A DNA stretch of 64,000 nt. Origin: Deferrisomatales bacterium (GTDB lineage Bacteria; Desulfobacterota; Deferrisomatia; Deferrisomatales; JACRMM01). The translations under genes and the position numbers were made by a program. Shown here one piece after another: positions 49,674 to 60,346 of the stretch. The number at the start of each line of letters is the position of its first letter. The first letter of the stretch is position 1. The stretch spans positions 14,406 through 78,405 of the forward strand of contig JAWSUI010000014.1 of the NCBI GenBank assembly GCA_033551855.1, given 5' to 3'. The notes under the pieces are model-generated. The model did not search any database. It was not told the origin of the DNA and saw only the letters and a list, made by a program, of their open reading frames with translations.

Positions 49674-52247
49674 TTGCCCTTTGCCCCCCTCCCGGTGGAC
49701 CAGGCCGGTCCGAGGATCCTGGACGCCCTGGCGGACCGCGGGGCGGTGGTCGTCGTGGCCCCGCCCGGCAGCGGCAAGACGACGCGGATCCCCCAGCTCC
49801 TGGCAGACTCCGGACTGCTGGACAGGGGGGCGTGCCTCGTCCTGGAACCCCGCCGTTTGGCCGCTCGCGCCGCCGCGCAGCGGGTGGCCGAGGAGCGGGG
49901 CTGCCCGCTGGGCTCCGAGGTGGGCTACCACGTGCGCTTCGACCGGCGGGCGGGGAGCCGCACCCGCCTGCTCTTCGTCACCGAGGGGATTCTCACGGCC
50001 CGGCTCCAGTCCGACCCCTTCCTCGAGGGGGTCTCCGCCGTGATCCTCGACGAGTTCCACGAGCGCAGCCTCGAGGCCGATCTCGCGCTGGCCTTTCTCC
50101 GGGAGATTCGCCGGGAAGCCCGGCCGGACCTCAAGCTCCTCGTCCTCTCTGCCACCCTCGACCCGGCCCCCGTTGCGGGATACCTGGGGGCGGAGGTGGT
50201 GGAGGCGAGCGGCCGCCCCCATCCGGTGGAGGTCGTCTACCTGGAGCAGCCGGCCCGCAGCCCCCTGCCGGAGACGGTGGCGGCGGGCGTACGCCGGGCC
50301 TGGAAGCTGCGTCCGGGGGGCCGGGGCGACATCCTCGTCTTCCTCCCCGGCGCGGGCGAGATACGCGCCGCCGCAAGGGTGCTGGAGGAATGGGCTTCCG
50401 GCCAGGGGGCGAGCGTCCTGCCGCTCCACGGGGACCTGCCTGGGGCTGCCCAGGACCGGGTCCTTCGGCCCTCCCCGGGGGCCCGCGTCATCCTGGCGAC
50501 CAACGTCGCAGAGACGAGCATAACAGTGGAGGGGGTCTCCGCCGTGGTGGACACGGGCCTGGCCCGTGTGCTCCGCTACGACCCGTCCCTGGGGCTCGAC
50601 CGGCTGGAGGTGGAATCGGTCAGCCGGGCCTCGGCCGAGCAGCGGGCCGGGCGGGCGGGACGGCTCGGCCCCGGGGTCGCCCTGCGCCTCTGGACGCGCC
50701 ACGACGACCAGGGCCGCCCCGAGCGCATCGAGCCCGAAGCCCACCGCGCCGACCTCAGCCATGCCCTGCTGGAGATCCTGGCGTGGGGCCACGGGGATGC
50801 CCGGACCTTCCCCTGGCTCGAGCCTCCCGCCCCGGAGCGGGTCGAAGCCGGCCTGGGGCTCCTGGCCCGACTCGGCGCCCTGGACGAGACCCTGCGCCTC
50901 ACCCTTCTGGGGGACGCCCTGCGGCGGCTGCCCCTCCCCCCGCGCCTGGGCCGCCTGGTGCACGAGGCCGCGCGCCGGGGCTGGGCCAGGGAAGGCGCGC
51001 GGCTTGCCGCGCTCGCAGCCGAGCGGGACCTCCTGCTCGCCGGCCGGGTGTCTCTGTCCGGCCGAGACCGGCGGGGACCGCCGCCCGCCACCCCCACCGC
51101 CCCCTCGGACTGGCTCCACCGCCTGGACCTCCTGGAAGAGGCCGCGTCCCTTCACTTCGATTCCGACCGTCTCCGAGCCACCGGCATCGACCCGACCGCC
51201 GCCCGGGCGGCCTGGCGCTCCGCTGTCCAGGTGGAAGCGACGGCGCGGAGGCTCCCCGAGGCGGCTCCCCGAAGGGAAGTTCCCGCCCCCGAGGACCTCC
51301 TCCGCCTGGCGCTGCTCGCCTACCCCGACCGGGTGGCGAGGCGCCGAGCGCCGGGCAGCGACCGCTTCGTGATGGTGGGCGGCCGCGGCGCGAAGCTGGC
51401 CCCCGAGAGCGGGGTCCGCAGGGAAGAGCTGGTCGTTGCGGTGCGCCTCGAAGCGGGCCGGCGGGGGGAGAGGGCCGAAGGGGTCATCCGCTGGGCGAGT
51501 GCCGTCGAGCCGGTGTGGCTGCAGGGCGTGGTCACCCGCACGGAGGTCGCCTTCGACTCCGTCGCCCGGAGGGTCTGTGCCTGGGAGAGGGACCGCTACG
51601 ACGACCTCGTGATCGCGGAGCGCCCCGCCCGGCCCGACCCCGAGGCGGCTCGGCAGCTCCTGGCCGAGGAGGCCGCCCGGGACCCCCTGGCCGCCCTGCG
51701 GCCCGGGAGAGAGGCGCGGGACCTTGTCTCCCGGTGGCAGTTCCTGGCCCGGGAAGCACCGGAGCTGGGCCTCCGGCCCTGGGGTGAAGAGCGCTGGAGG
51801 GCACTGCTGGAGGAGCTGGCGCGCGGGTGCACGGACTTTGCCGGGCTGCGGCGCGCAGACCTCTTGGCCGCCCTGCGAAACCAGCTCACCTGGGAACAAC
51901 GGCGAGCCCTCGAGCGAGAGGCCCCCGAGCGCGTGCGGGTGCCCAGCGGGAGCCTCCTCCGACTGGAGTACCCGGAAGAGGGCCCTCCGGTCCTCCCGGT
52001 GAAGATCCAGGAGGCCTTCGGGTGGGACCGGGGGCCGGTCGTGGCCGCGGGCCGGGTCCCGGTGCTTCTCCACCTGCTGGGCCCTCACGGCCGCCCCCTC
52101 CAGGTCACCTCCGATCTGGCCAGTTTCTGGCGGAACACCTATCCACAGGTGCGGAAGGAGATGCGCGGCCGCTACCCTCGGCACCGGTGGCCCGAGGACC
52201 CTTGGGCGGCCGAGCCCAGCCGCCGAACGACCCAGTCACGGCGGTGA
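49674..52247 (+). CDS. hrpB: ATP-dependent RNA helicase HrpB
   Basis: 'APPGSGKTT', 'DEFHER', 'SAT', 'ATNVAETS', 'QRAGRAGR', C-terminal 'GRYPRHRWPEDP'. Start codon uncertain. Confidence 0.93.
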   Translation: MPFAPLPVDQAGPRILDALADRGAVVVVAPPGSGKTTRIPQLLADSGLLDRGACLVLEPRRLAARAAAQRVAEERGCPLGSEVGYHVRFDRRAGSRTRLLFVTEGILTARLQSDPFLEGVSAVILDEFHERSLEADLALAFLREIRREARPDLKLLVLSATLDPAPVAGYLGAEVVEASGRPHPVEVVYLEQPARSPLPETVAAGVRRAWKLRPGGRGDILVFLPGAGEIRAAARVLEEWASGQGASVLPLHGDLPGAAQDRVLRPSPGARVILATNVAETSITVEGVSAVVDTGLARVLRYDPSLGLDRLEVESVSRASAEQRAGRAGRLGPGVALRLWTRHDDQGRPERIEPEAHRADLSHALLEILAWGHGDARTFPWLEPPAPERVEAGLGLLARLGALDETLRLTLLGDALRRLPLPPRLGRLVHEAARRGWAREGARLAALAAERDLLLAGRVSLSGRDRRGPPPATPTAPSDWLHRLDLLEEAASLHFDSDRLRATGIDPTAARAAWRSAVQVEATARRLPEAAPRREVPAPEDLLRLALLAYPDRVARRRAPGSDRFVMVGGRGAKLAPESGVRREELVVAVRLEAGRRGERAEGVIRWASAVEPVWLQGVVTRTEVAFDSVARRVCAWERDRYDDLVIAERPARPDPEAARQLLAEEAARDPLAALRPGREARDLVSRWQFLAREAPELGLRPWGEERWRALLEELARGCTDFAGLRRADLLAALRNQLTWEQRRALEREAPERVRVPSGSLLRLEYPEEGPPVLPVKIQEAFGWDRGPVVAAGRVPVLLHLLGPHGRPLQVTSDLASFWRNTYPQVRKEMRGRYPRHRWPEDPWAAEPSRRTTQSRR

Positions 52248-52390
52248 TCCACGCCCTCAACGGGCGGAGGTGGGCCGCAGAGAGCCTCGGTCCTTGCCCT
52301 GGCCGGGGTTCGCAGTATCCTTGTGCGGCAAACCGCGCAGGAAAGCGGCCGCCTCTCCCGGACGGCCTGCCCCGCCACAGGAGGAAGCCC

Positions 52391-52684
52391 ATGGCCACGT
52401 ACATCACCCTGCTGCGCTTCACCCAGACGGGCATGGAGAAGTTCAAGGACATGCCGTCGCGCCTGGACCGGGCCAAGGCCGCCTGCCGCGCGGCCGGCGG
52501 AGAGCTCAAGTCCTTCTACCTCACCCTCGGCCAGTACGACGCCGTCGCCGTCAGCGAGTTCCCCACCGAGGAGGCCTTCCTGCGGGCGTTCCTGACCATC
52601 GGCTCCACCGGCGAGACGAGCATGGAGACCCTACGCTCGTTCACCGAGCAGGAATACCGCCAGGCCATCACCGCCCTGCCGTGA
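52391..52684 (+). CDS. GYD-domain protein
   Basis: '[11 protein letters not shown]', 'TLGQYD', 'ETLRSF'. Confidence 0.85.
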   Translation: MATYITLLRFTQTGMEKFKDMPSRLDRAKAACRAAGGELKSFYLTLGQYDAVAVSEFPTEEAFLRAFLTIGSTGETSMETLRSFTEQEYRQAITALP

Positions 52685-52787
52685 CGAGACGAGCGGCGCG
52701 GCGACCCCCGGGGAGACGCCCGAGCATCGCAAGCGTGGGGGGCTGCGCGCCCCCGGGACCGGGGCCGCCGCCCGGAAGGACGCCGTC

Positions 52788-53207
52788 GTGAAGAGCTACC
52801 GGAAAGAGCTTTGGTTCGAGGTTCCCAGCCGCCGCGGCCTCGTGAACATCACCCCCCAGGTGGAGGAGTGCCTCCGCGAGAGCGGCGTGCGAGAGGGGCT
52901 TTGTCTCGTCAACGCCATGCACATCACTGCGAGTGTCTTCGTCAACGACGACGAGGGAGGGCTCCACCGGGACTTCGACCGCTGGCTCGAGGGGCTCGCG
53001 CCCCACGAGCCCGTGAGCCGCTACGAGCACAACCGGACCGGCGAGGACAACGGCGACGCACACCTCAAGCGCACGATCATGGGGCGGGAGGTGGTGGCGG
53101 CGGTGACCGCCGGGAGGCTCGACTTCGGGCCGTGGGAGCAGATCTTCTACGGGGAGTTCGACGGGAGGCGCCGCAAGCGGGTGCTCGTCAAGATCGTGGG
53201 GAAGTGA
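52788..53207 (+). CDS. yjbQ: YjbQ/UPF0047-family protein
   Basis: 'HITAS', 'NGDAHLK', '[14 protein letters not shown]'. Confidence 0.92.
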   Translation: MKSYRKELWFEVPSRRGLVNITPQVEECLRESGVREGLCLVNAMHITASVFVNDDEGGLHRDFDRWLEGLAPHEPVSRYEHNRTGEDNGDAHLKRTIMGREVVAAVTAGRLDFGPWEQIFYGEFDGRRRKRVLVKIVGK

Positions 53208-53268
53208 GCCCGGCGCCAAACCACCCGTCCAGGTGGCACGCATCGCCCCATCGGAAAGGAAGCTCGCG

Positions 53269-53733
53269 ATGAAGAAGCGGAGCGTAGCAGGGACCACGGC
53301 GGCGATTCTGGTGGGAAGCTTCGCCCTTGCCGGCTCTCACGGAGTGGTGACGTACACGGGACACATCAAACCAATCATGGAGAAGCAGTGTCTGTCCTGT
53401 CACGGCGAGGATTCTTCCAGCATCGACGAATTCGACGCCAACAAGGAGAAGTACAAAGAAATGATGCTGGGTCCGCGGATGGACAGTTATGACCTATTGG
53501 TCGACTTCGTGAAGGGCGACGACGCCGGGGCCATCATGCGTCGACTGGACAACGGAGAGAACACCCAGAGCGGCAAACCGGGGAATATGTATGAGTATCT
53601 CGGAGGGAGCGAGGAAGAGCGCGAATTGAACCTAGAGTTGTTCAAACGCTGGGTGGGGCACTGGACCCTGAAACGGGCCGCGGAGTTGACCGACGAAGAC
53701 CAAAAACTGTTCAATGTAGTGGAGCAGCCATAG
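53269..53733 (+). CDS. Exported monoheme c-type cytochrome
   Basis: Signal-like N-terminus; single CLSCH; visibly lower GC than neighbours. Confidence 0.75.
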   Translation: MKKRSVAGTTAAILVGSFALAGSHGVVTYTGHIKPIMEKQCLSCHGEDSSSIDEFDANKEKYKEMMLGPRMDSYDLLVDFVKGDDAGAIMRRLDNGENTQSGKPGNMYEYLGGSEEERELNLELFKRWVGHWTLKRAAELTDEDQKLFNVVEQP

Positions 53734-53879
53734 GGGAGTGGCAGAGCGGGACGGTTTTATCCCAGGGCGGCACGAACCTTCTGGAGCCTCAGCGGGTGTC
53801 TTCCCAGCGGACATCTCCCCGCGGCACCGTCCGACCGGCACCGTCCGACCGGCCTCGGCCGCACGCCGTCTCGCGTCCC

Positions 53880-54701
53880 CTACAGGGGGAACCGGCCCTC
53901 GAACACCTCGGTGGCGGGGCCCGTCAGGAAGACCCGCGAGCTCTCCTCGTCCCACCGGACGCGCAGCACGCCCCCGTCGAGGAGAACCCAGGCCTCCCGC
54001 TGCGCCCTGCCCGTCCACGCCGCGGCCACGGCCGCGGCACAGGCGCCCGTGCCGCACGCGGTCGTGACGCCCGCCCCGCGCTCCCAGACCCGCATCCGCA
54101 GCCGGTCCGGGCCGAGGACCTGAACGAACTCCACGTTGGTGCGCCGAGGGAAGAAGGGGTGGGTTTCGATCCGCGGCCCCACCGCCTCCACGGGATACGA
54201 CGTCGCATCCTCCACGAAGACCACGGCGTGGGGGTTCCCCATGGACACGCAGGTGACCCTCACCTCCTCGCCGTCCAGGGGAAGGGGGCGATCCCGCACG
54301 GGGCCGTCCGCCTCCACCGGGACCCGGCGGCCCTCGAGCACCGGAGCCCCCATGTCCACCTGGACCTCTTCGCCGAGGAACCGCGTCTCCACGATGCCTC
54401 CCAGGGTCTCGACCCGGAGCCTCCCTGCGGCGCAGAGCCCCCGGGTGCGGGCGTAGAGGGCGAGGCACCGGATGCCGTTACCGCACATCTCGGCCCGGCT
54501 TCCGTCCGCGTTGTAGATGTCCATCCGCAGGTCCGCCCTGGCCGACTGCCGGACGAGCAGAACCTGGTCGCACCCCACCCCCAGCCGCCGGTTAGCGACC
54601 CGCGGCGCGAGCAAGGGCCAGTCCCCCCTCTCGCACTCCCGCTCGTCGACCAGGACGAAATCGTTCCCCAGCCCGTGCATCTTCACGAAGGAAAGCACCA
54701 T
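53880..54701 (-). CDS. dapF: Diaminopimelate epimerase
   Basis: 'KMHGLGNDF', 'EMCGNG', 'MGNPH', 'ERGAG.T.ACGTG'. Confidence 0.97.
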   Translation of the reverse strand: MVLSFVKMHGLGNDFVLVDERECERGDWPLLAPRVANRRLGVGCDQVLLVRQSARADLRMDIYNADGSRAEMCGNGIRCLALYARTRGLCAAGRLRVETLGGIVETRFLGEEVQVDMGAPVLEGRRVPVEADGPVRDRPLPLDGEEVRVTCVSMGNPHAVVFVEDATSYPVEAVGPRIETHPFFPRRTNVEFVQVLGPDRLRMRVWERGAGVTTACGTGACAAAVAAAWTGRAQREAWVLLDGGVLRVRWDEESSRVFLTGPATEVFEGRFPL

Positions 54702-54870
54702 CCGTCCGCCTTTCCGAGGCCGTCGGCCCGACGCGTCCGACCCGAGCGGGCGAGGATCGGCCCACCGGGGCCTTCCGTGACGCCTCTTCCCATGACCGCG
54801 GGGGGCGGAGCGGAGGGGCTCCCGGCCCCCTCTAGCTAGCCAGGTGGTGGAGCGGGGACCCCGGGGCTCC

Positions 54871-54900
54871 TTGACCCCCTCTCCGGGCCGGTGCTAGATT
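54871..54900 (+). promoter_or_regulatory. Candidate sigma70 promoter for romX-like/rluD
   Basis: TTGACC-18-TAGATT with TG extension. Confidence 0.5.
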
Positions 54901-54926
54901 CGGCTCCTCTTCCGCCGGGAGAACCG

Positions 54927-55193
54927 ATGGACGACGCCATCCGCGACCCCGAGTCCGCCCGCCGCCTGGCCCGCGCGATTGTAAGCGACATCGCCCTGTA
55001 CCACAAAAGCGAGGCCGAGCGGGGGATCGTGGAGGACAGCCTGTTCCAGATCCTTTCCGGCGCGATCGAGGAGGGCCGGCGGCATTACGCTTCCCGGGTC
55101 GATCCCGAGCTCCTCGGAGACGGGCTCTACGAAAAGGCGTTGGTCGACGTTCTCCTTCGGCCCTTCGGCCGGCTCAGATCCCGCATCTGGTAA
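54927..55193 (+). CDS. romX: RomX-like small protein (MglA GEF-complex component in Myxococcus)
   Basis: 88 aa; 'ARRLARAIVSDIALY', 'EEGR..Y.SRV' and C-terminal 'SRIW' resemble M. xanthus RomX as recalled; stop overlaps the rluD ATG. Confidence 0.7.
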   Translation: MDDAIRDPESARRLARAIVSDIALYHKSEAERGIVEDSLFQILSGAIEEGRRHYASRVDPELLGDGLYEKALVDVLLRPFGRLRSRIW

Positions 55194-56176
55194 TGGTCTG
55201 CCCAAGGGTTCACGAGCTGGTCGCCGAGCCCGCGGCGGGTCGTCTGGACCGCTACCTTGCCGGGTCGGGCCTTCCCCTCACCCGCTCCCGCATCCAGAAG
55301 CTGATGGACGAGGGACGGGTCACCGTAAACGGCCTTCCGGCCCGTGCGAACCTCCGGCTCAAGGGAGGCGAGCGGCTTCGCGTGGAGATCCCGGCTCCCG
55401 CCGAGGCTGCGGCCCGGCCGGAGGCACTTCCCCTCGACGTCCTCTACGAGGACCCCCGACTCGTCGTGGTCGCCAAACCAGCCGGCCTGGTGGTCCACCC
55501 CGCCCCCGGTCACCCCTCCGGGACTCTGGTCAACGCTCTCCTGCACCGCTGCGAGGACCTCTCGGGGATAGGCGGGGTCCTCAGACCGGGCATCGTCCAC
55601 CGCCTGGACAAGGACACCTCGGGTCTGCTGGTGGTGGCCAAGGACGACGACGCCCACCGGAACCTGCAGGCGCAGTTCCAGGGGCGCACCGTGTTGAAGG
55701 TTTATCTCGCGGTGGTCCTCGGACACCTGGAAGGCGAGGGAGCGGTGACCCGGCCCGTGGGCCGGCACCCCACCGACCGCAAGAAGATGGCGGTCGACGC
55801 GCCCCGGGCCAGGCCTGCGGTGACCCGCTGGCGCGCCCTTCAACACCTGTCGGGCGCCACCCTGGTGGAGGCCCGGATCGAGACGGGAAGAACCCATCAG
55901 ATCCGCGTGCACCTGGCGAGCCTTGGCCACCCCGTCGTGGGAGACCCGGTCTACGGGGGGGCCCGACGGGCCAGGGGGATGGCGGATGCGGCCGTGAGGC
56001 GGCGGCTGGCCCTGGAGACCGGTCAGGCCCTCCACGCTTGGAAGCTGGCCTTTCGGCACCCCGGCACGGCGGAACCGATGACCTTCGAGGCTCCGGTTCC
56101 CGACGGGCTGGCCCGCCTCATCCGGGATCTCGGGGGAGCGGTGCCGGGTGAACGATCCGGGTCAGCTCCGCCGTGA
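55193..56176 (+). CDS. rluD: RluA/RluD-family 23S rRNA pseudouridine synthase with S4 domain
   Basis: 'RLDRYL', 'KPAGLVVHP', 'HRLDKDTSG', 'TGRTHQIRVH'. Confidence 0.95.
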   Translation: MVCPRVHELVAEPAAGRLDRYLAGSGLPLTRSRIQKLMDEGRVTVNGLPARANLRLKGGERLRVEIPAPAEAAARPEALPLDVLYEDPRLVVVAKPAGLVVHPAPGHPSGTLVNALLHRCEDLSGIGGVLRPGIVHRLDKDTSGLLVVAKDDDAHRNLQAQFQGRTVLKVYLAVVLGHLEGEGAVTRPVGRHPTDRKKMAVDAPRARPAVTRWRALQHLSGATLVEARIETGRTHQIRVHLASLGHPVVGDPVYGGARRARGMADAAVRRRLALETGQALHAWKLAFRHPGTAEPMTFEAPVPDGLARLIRDLGGAVPGERSGSAPP

Positions 56177-56891
56177 AGCTGCCGACCGCCACCGCGCTTT
56201 GGAGCCTGACAGGACGGCGCCACCCGTCGTCGGTGAGCCAGATGAGCACCCGGGCCCCCGGACTCCGCCGAAACACCCCCCCCACCCCTTCGATGTGGGG
56301 CTCCACGAGGACCGTGCGGAAGGTCCCCGCGGGGGTCTTGACGGTTTCCCGCTTGAGCACGGAAACGGTGCCCGTGACGAGGCGGTTCCCGTCGGTGATA
56401 TCGATGGAGACGGTATCGTCGGAGGTCAGCGCCATCGTCCGGAAGGCGTAGAAGGAGGAGAGGGGGTCCTGCACGCCGGGCGGAGCCAGGAGGGTGCCGC
56501 GGGGCTTGCCCCTCCGGAAGGACTGCACTTCGCCGGTTTCCGGATCGAAGACCGCCTCGTCCTCGCGAGACCGGCTCCGTCCTTCCCGGGTCTTCTTGTA
56601 GAAGCGCAGGACGGAGAGATCGGCGAGGCGGACCGTGGACTCGACCAGGTCCCTCACCGGGAAGACCGTATCGATGTAGGGAAGGGTCCGGGCCTTCGCG
56701 CGCAGCGTCACCAGGCCGTCCCCCCCCGGGGTCACCTCCAGGGACGCCCTGGCGGCCGGGATGATGCCCCATCGGATGTCGAACTCCAAGTTCTCCCCCT
56801 GGAGGGCCTCCAGGCTCGGCGGCGGTCCCAGGGCGGGCGAGGCCTGCACCGCCAGCAACACCAAGATGAGCGACACGAGGGATCGGAACAT
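56118..56891 (-). CDS. Exported DUF3108-like protein
   Basis: Signal peptide; 'GENLEF', 'DPLS', 'E.VKTPAG.F', 'IWLTDD..R.PV' motifs. Confidence 0.75.
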   Translation of the reverse strand: MFRSLVSLILVLLAVQASPALGPPPSLEALQGENLEFDIRWGIIPAARASLEVTPGGDGLVTLRAKARTLPYIDTVFPVRDLVESTVRLADLSVLRFYKKTREGRSRSREDEAVFDPETGEVQSFRRGKPRGTLLAPPGVQDPLSSFYAFRTMALTSDDTVSIDITDGNRLVTGTVSVLKRETVKTPAGTFRTVLVEPHIEGVGGVFRRSPGARVLIWLTDDGWRRPVRLQSAVAVGSFTAELTRIVHPAPLPRDPG

Positions 56892-57633
56892 GGGCCAAGC
56901 ATACCCGATGGGGGCTCTCCCCGAAAACCCCAGGTGGGTCCAGTCGGCCCTCCTCCGGCACGTGGACGGGCTGATCCATGGGTTCACCACCCGGCGGGCG
57001 GGCGACTTCTCCGCCCGTGGGCCGGTCCAGCGTCTCCTGAGGGCGACCGGGGCGAGGCGACTGCGTCTCTTGCGCCAGGTGCACGGCACCAAGGTCGTCC
57101 CCTGCGGGGGGGAAAGGCGGCGCGGCCCGCGCCCCCGGGCAGACGCCTGGGCAGGACGTCCCGCGCCCGGGGTGCTCGTGGGGGTTCTCACCGCGGACTG
57201 CGCACCGGTGCTCCTGTGCCACCCCTCCTCCGGGATCGTGGGCCTGGCGCACGCCGGTTGGCGGGGTGCGGTCGCGGGTGTGGCACGGGCCACGGTCCAG
57301 GCCATGGGGGTGCCCGCTCGGGAGGTCCGGGCCGCCATCGGCCCCGCCATCGGCCCCTGCTGCTACCAGGTGGGCGCGGAGGTCGTGGAGGCGCTCGGGG
57401 GCGGCTCGGAGCACCTCGGCCCGTGGCCGGGCGAACCTGGACGCCGCCGTCTGGACCTTCCCGGCCTGGTTCGCAGCGACCTTCTGGACGCCGGGCTCGA
57501 GGCGCGGGCGGTCGAGGTCCTTCCCCTGTGCACGGCTTGCAGCGGGGAGATCCTCTATTCGTACCGGCGGGAAGGGGCCACCGGGAGGCTCTGCGCGTTT
57601 CTCGGCTGGAACCGCTACCCTGCGAATCCCTGA
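56890..57633 (+). CDS. pgeF: Laccase-like PgeF/YfiH purine nucleoside phosphorylase
   Basis: 'HGFTTR', 'QVHG', 'TADC.PV', 'HAGWRG', 'IGP.IGPCCY.VG', 'SYRR'. Start 56890 or 56908. Confidence 0.92.
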   Translation: MGQAYPMGALPENPRWVQSALLRHVDGLIHGFTTRRAGDFSARGPVQRLLRATGARRLRLLRQVHGTKVVPCGGERRRGPRPRADAWAGRPAPGVLVGVLTADCAPVLLCHPSSGIVGLAHAGWRGAVAGVARATVQAMGVPAREVRAAIGPAIGPCCYQVGAEVVEALGGGSEHLGPWPGEPGRRRLDLPGLVRSDLLDAGLEARAVEVLPLCTACSGEILYSYRREGATGRLCAFLGWNRYPANP

Positions 57634-57648
57634 CGGAGGGGGAGGCCG

Positions 57649-58296
57649 ATGAAAGGACGGAAGGGGTGCGGCAGGGTGAGGGTCATCGGGCTCACGGGGG
57701 GCATCGCCACCGGAAAGAGCACCGCGTCGCGCTACTTCCAGGAGGCCGGGGTCCCCGTGGTGGACGCGGACCTCCTCGCCCGGCGCGTGGTGGAGCCGGG
57801 CCAGCCGGCCTGGAAGGAGATCCGTGAGGAATTCGGCGAGGGGGTGCTGCGCCCGGACGGAAGCCTGAACCGGGAGGCACTGGCCGAGTTGGTGTTTCAC
57901 GACCCGTGCGCCCGTAACCGCCTCAACGCCATCGTCCATCCTCGGGTGGCGGCGGAGGCCTCCCGGGAAGTGACGAGGCTGTTGGCGGAGGAGCCGGACG
58001 GAGTCGTCGTCTACGACGTTCCCCTGCTGTTCGAGACCGGCAGCGAAGACCGCTTCGACCTCGTGGCCGTGGTGTACGTGCCGCGCACGGAGCAGATCCG
58101 GAGGCTGCGGATTCGGGACGGCCTGTCCCGCGAGGCCGCCGAGCAACGCCTTGCCAGCCAGCTCGACATCGAGGAGAAGGCCCGCCGGGCCGACGTGGTG
58201 CTGGACAATCGAGGGTCGCGAGACGCCCTGAGGGCCCAGGTCCTCGAGTTGATCCGCCGGGCGGTGCGCAGGGTTCCGGCGGCTTCCCCCCCGTAA
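57649..58296 (+). CDS. coaE: Dephospho-CoA kinase
   Basis: 'IGLTGGIATGKS', 'DAD', 'IVHP', 'PLLFE', 'RDG', 'DN'. Confidence 0.95.
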   Translation: MKGRKGCGRVRVIGLTGGIATGKSTASRYFQEAGVPVVDADLLARRVVEPGQPAWKEIREEFGEGVLRPDGSLNREALAELVFHDPCARNRLNAIVHPRVAAEASREVTRLLAEEPDGVVVYDVPLLFETGSEDRFDLVAVVYVPRTEQIRRLRIRDGLSREAAEQRLASQLDIEEKARRADVVLDNRGSRDALRAQVLELIRRAVRRVPAASPP

Positions 58297-58300
58297 CGTT

Positions 58301-58505
58301 GGCTCATCCGGGGAATGACCGGGTACTCGCATCCAGGGACGATCGGGTGGGCCCGCCCACGCAGGCGGACGGCCGCTCGACGGGAGCAGCTGCTTCGGGA
58401 GCCGCGATATCGCGAGGATCTCGGATGCAGCGCGGGAGCGCTCCCACCGTGCAGCCCGGCATCGTCTGCCGGAGTGGGCGGGCCCGCCCGATCGTTTACC
58501 GGAGG
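58301..58505. repeat. Dispersed repeat family 1, copy 3
   Basis: 22-bp stem 58339-58360 / 58474-58495 (21 Watson-Crick pairs plus one G-U); collinear with copies 1 and 2. Confidence 0.9.
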
Positions 58506-58561
58506 AACCGTAAGACTGTGGGATGCGGCGGCTCCTGGAACAGGGCTTTCTCCCCCCTTTC

Positions 58562-58644
58562 TTGGCCTCTTGGGGGCGTTTGGGTCTTTTGGGGCCTTTT
58601 GGGGCCTTTTGGGGATTGACAAACGGCGCCGGACCTTTTACAAG
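58562..58644 (+). promoter_or_regulatory. rho promoter preceded by (TTTTGGGGCC)-like tandem units
   Basis: TTGACA at 58616, 17-bp spacer, TACAAG; about five 10-nt T/G-tract units immediately upstream. Confidence 0.55.
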
Positions 58645-58930
58645 AGGCTCGACTCACAGGCGAGAACTCCTTGCACCCTCCCCGGTTCCGCCTTTCCGCC
58701 ACGGCTCATCCCACAGAGGCCCACCCGCTCGAGCACCGACACCGGCTGCCCTGGCCCGTTCCCGGCCCACAGTGGACACAGCCCTCCCCCTTACGAGACG
58801 AAGAGAGACCTTGAAGCCACCCGCGAAGGATCCCCTTCAGGCCACCCCCGCCGGCCCCCCTCCTCCGCCGAAGATGAAACCCCATCCTCGCCGGACCAAG
58901 AAGCCCCATCAAGATGGGAGTGCTGCCCCC

Positions 58931-60178
<1,248 letters not shown>

Positions 60179-60346
60179 GGAAGGCTCTACGGGACAACGG
60201 GAGGGGCGGGAGGGGGTGACCCGCTCCGCGGGAGCGGCCCGACCGGGCCGTCGAAGCGCACTCCCGCGGCAGTGCTCCGGCGGCCCAACGGGCCTGCCGG
60301 GTCCGTTCCTCCCGCAGATCCCGTCATTTCGTCGAGAAGAACCCCC

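Noticed and set aside
49645..49700. Possible frameshift at the hrpB 5' end (out-of-frame ATG at 49645 before C runs)
   Set aside because: In-frame TTG (49674) and GTG (49695) give an essentially complete protein without a frameshift.
53822..53849. 14-bp tandem duplication CGGCACCGTCCGAC x2
   Set aside because: Two units with no spacers; likely a slippage duplication, not CRISPR.
58301..58505. Family-1 repeat as 6S RNA (ssrS)
   Set aside because: Size and rod shape fit, but three dispersed copies with terminal-inverted-repeat character and no recognisable 6S central bubble argue against it; an Rfam search would settle this.
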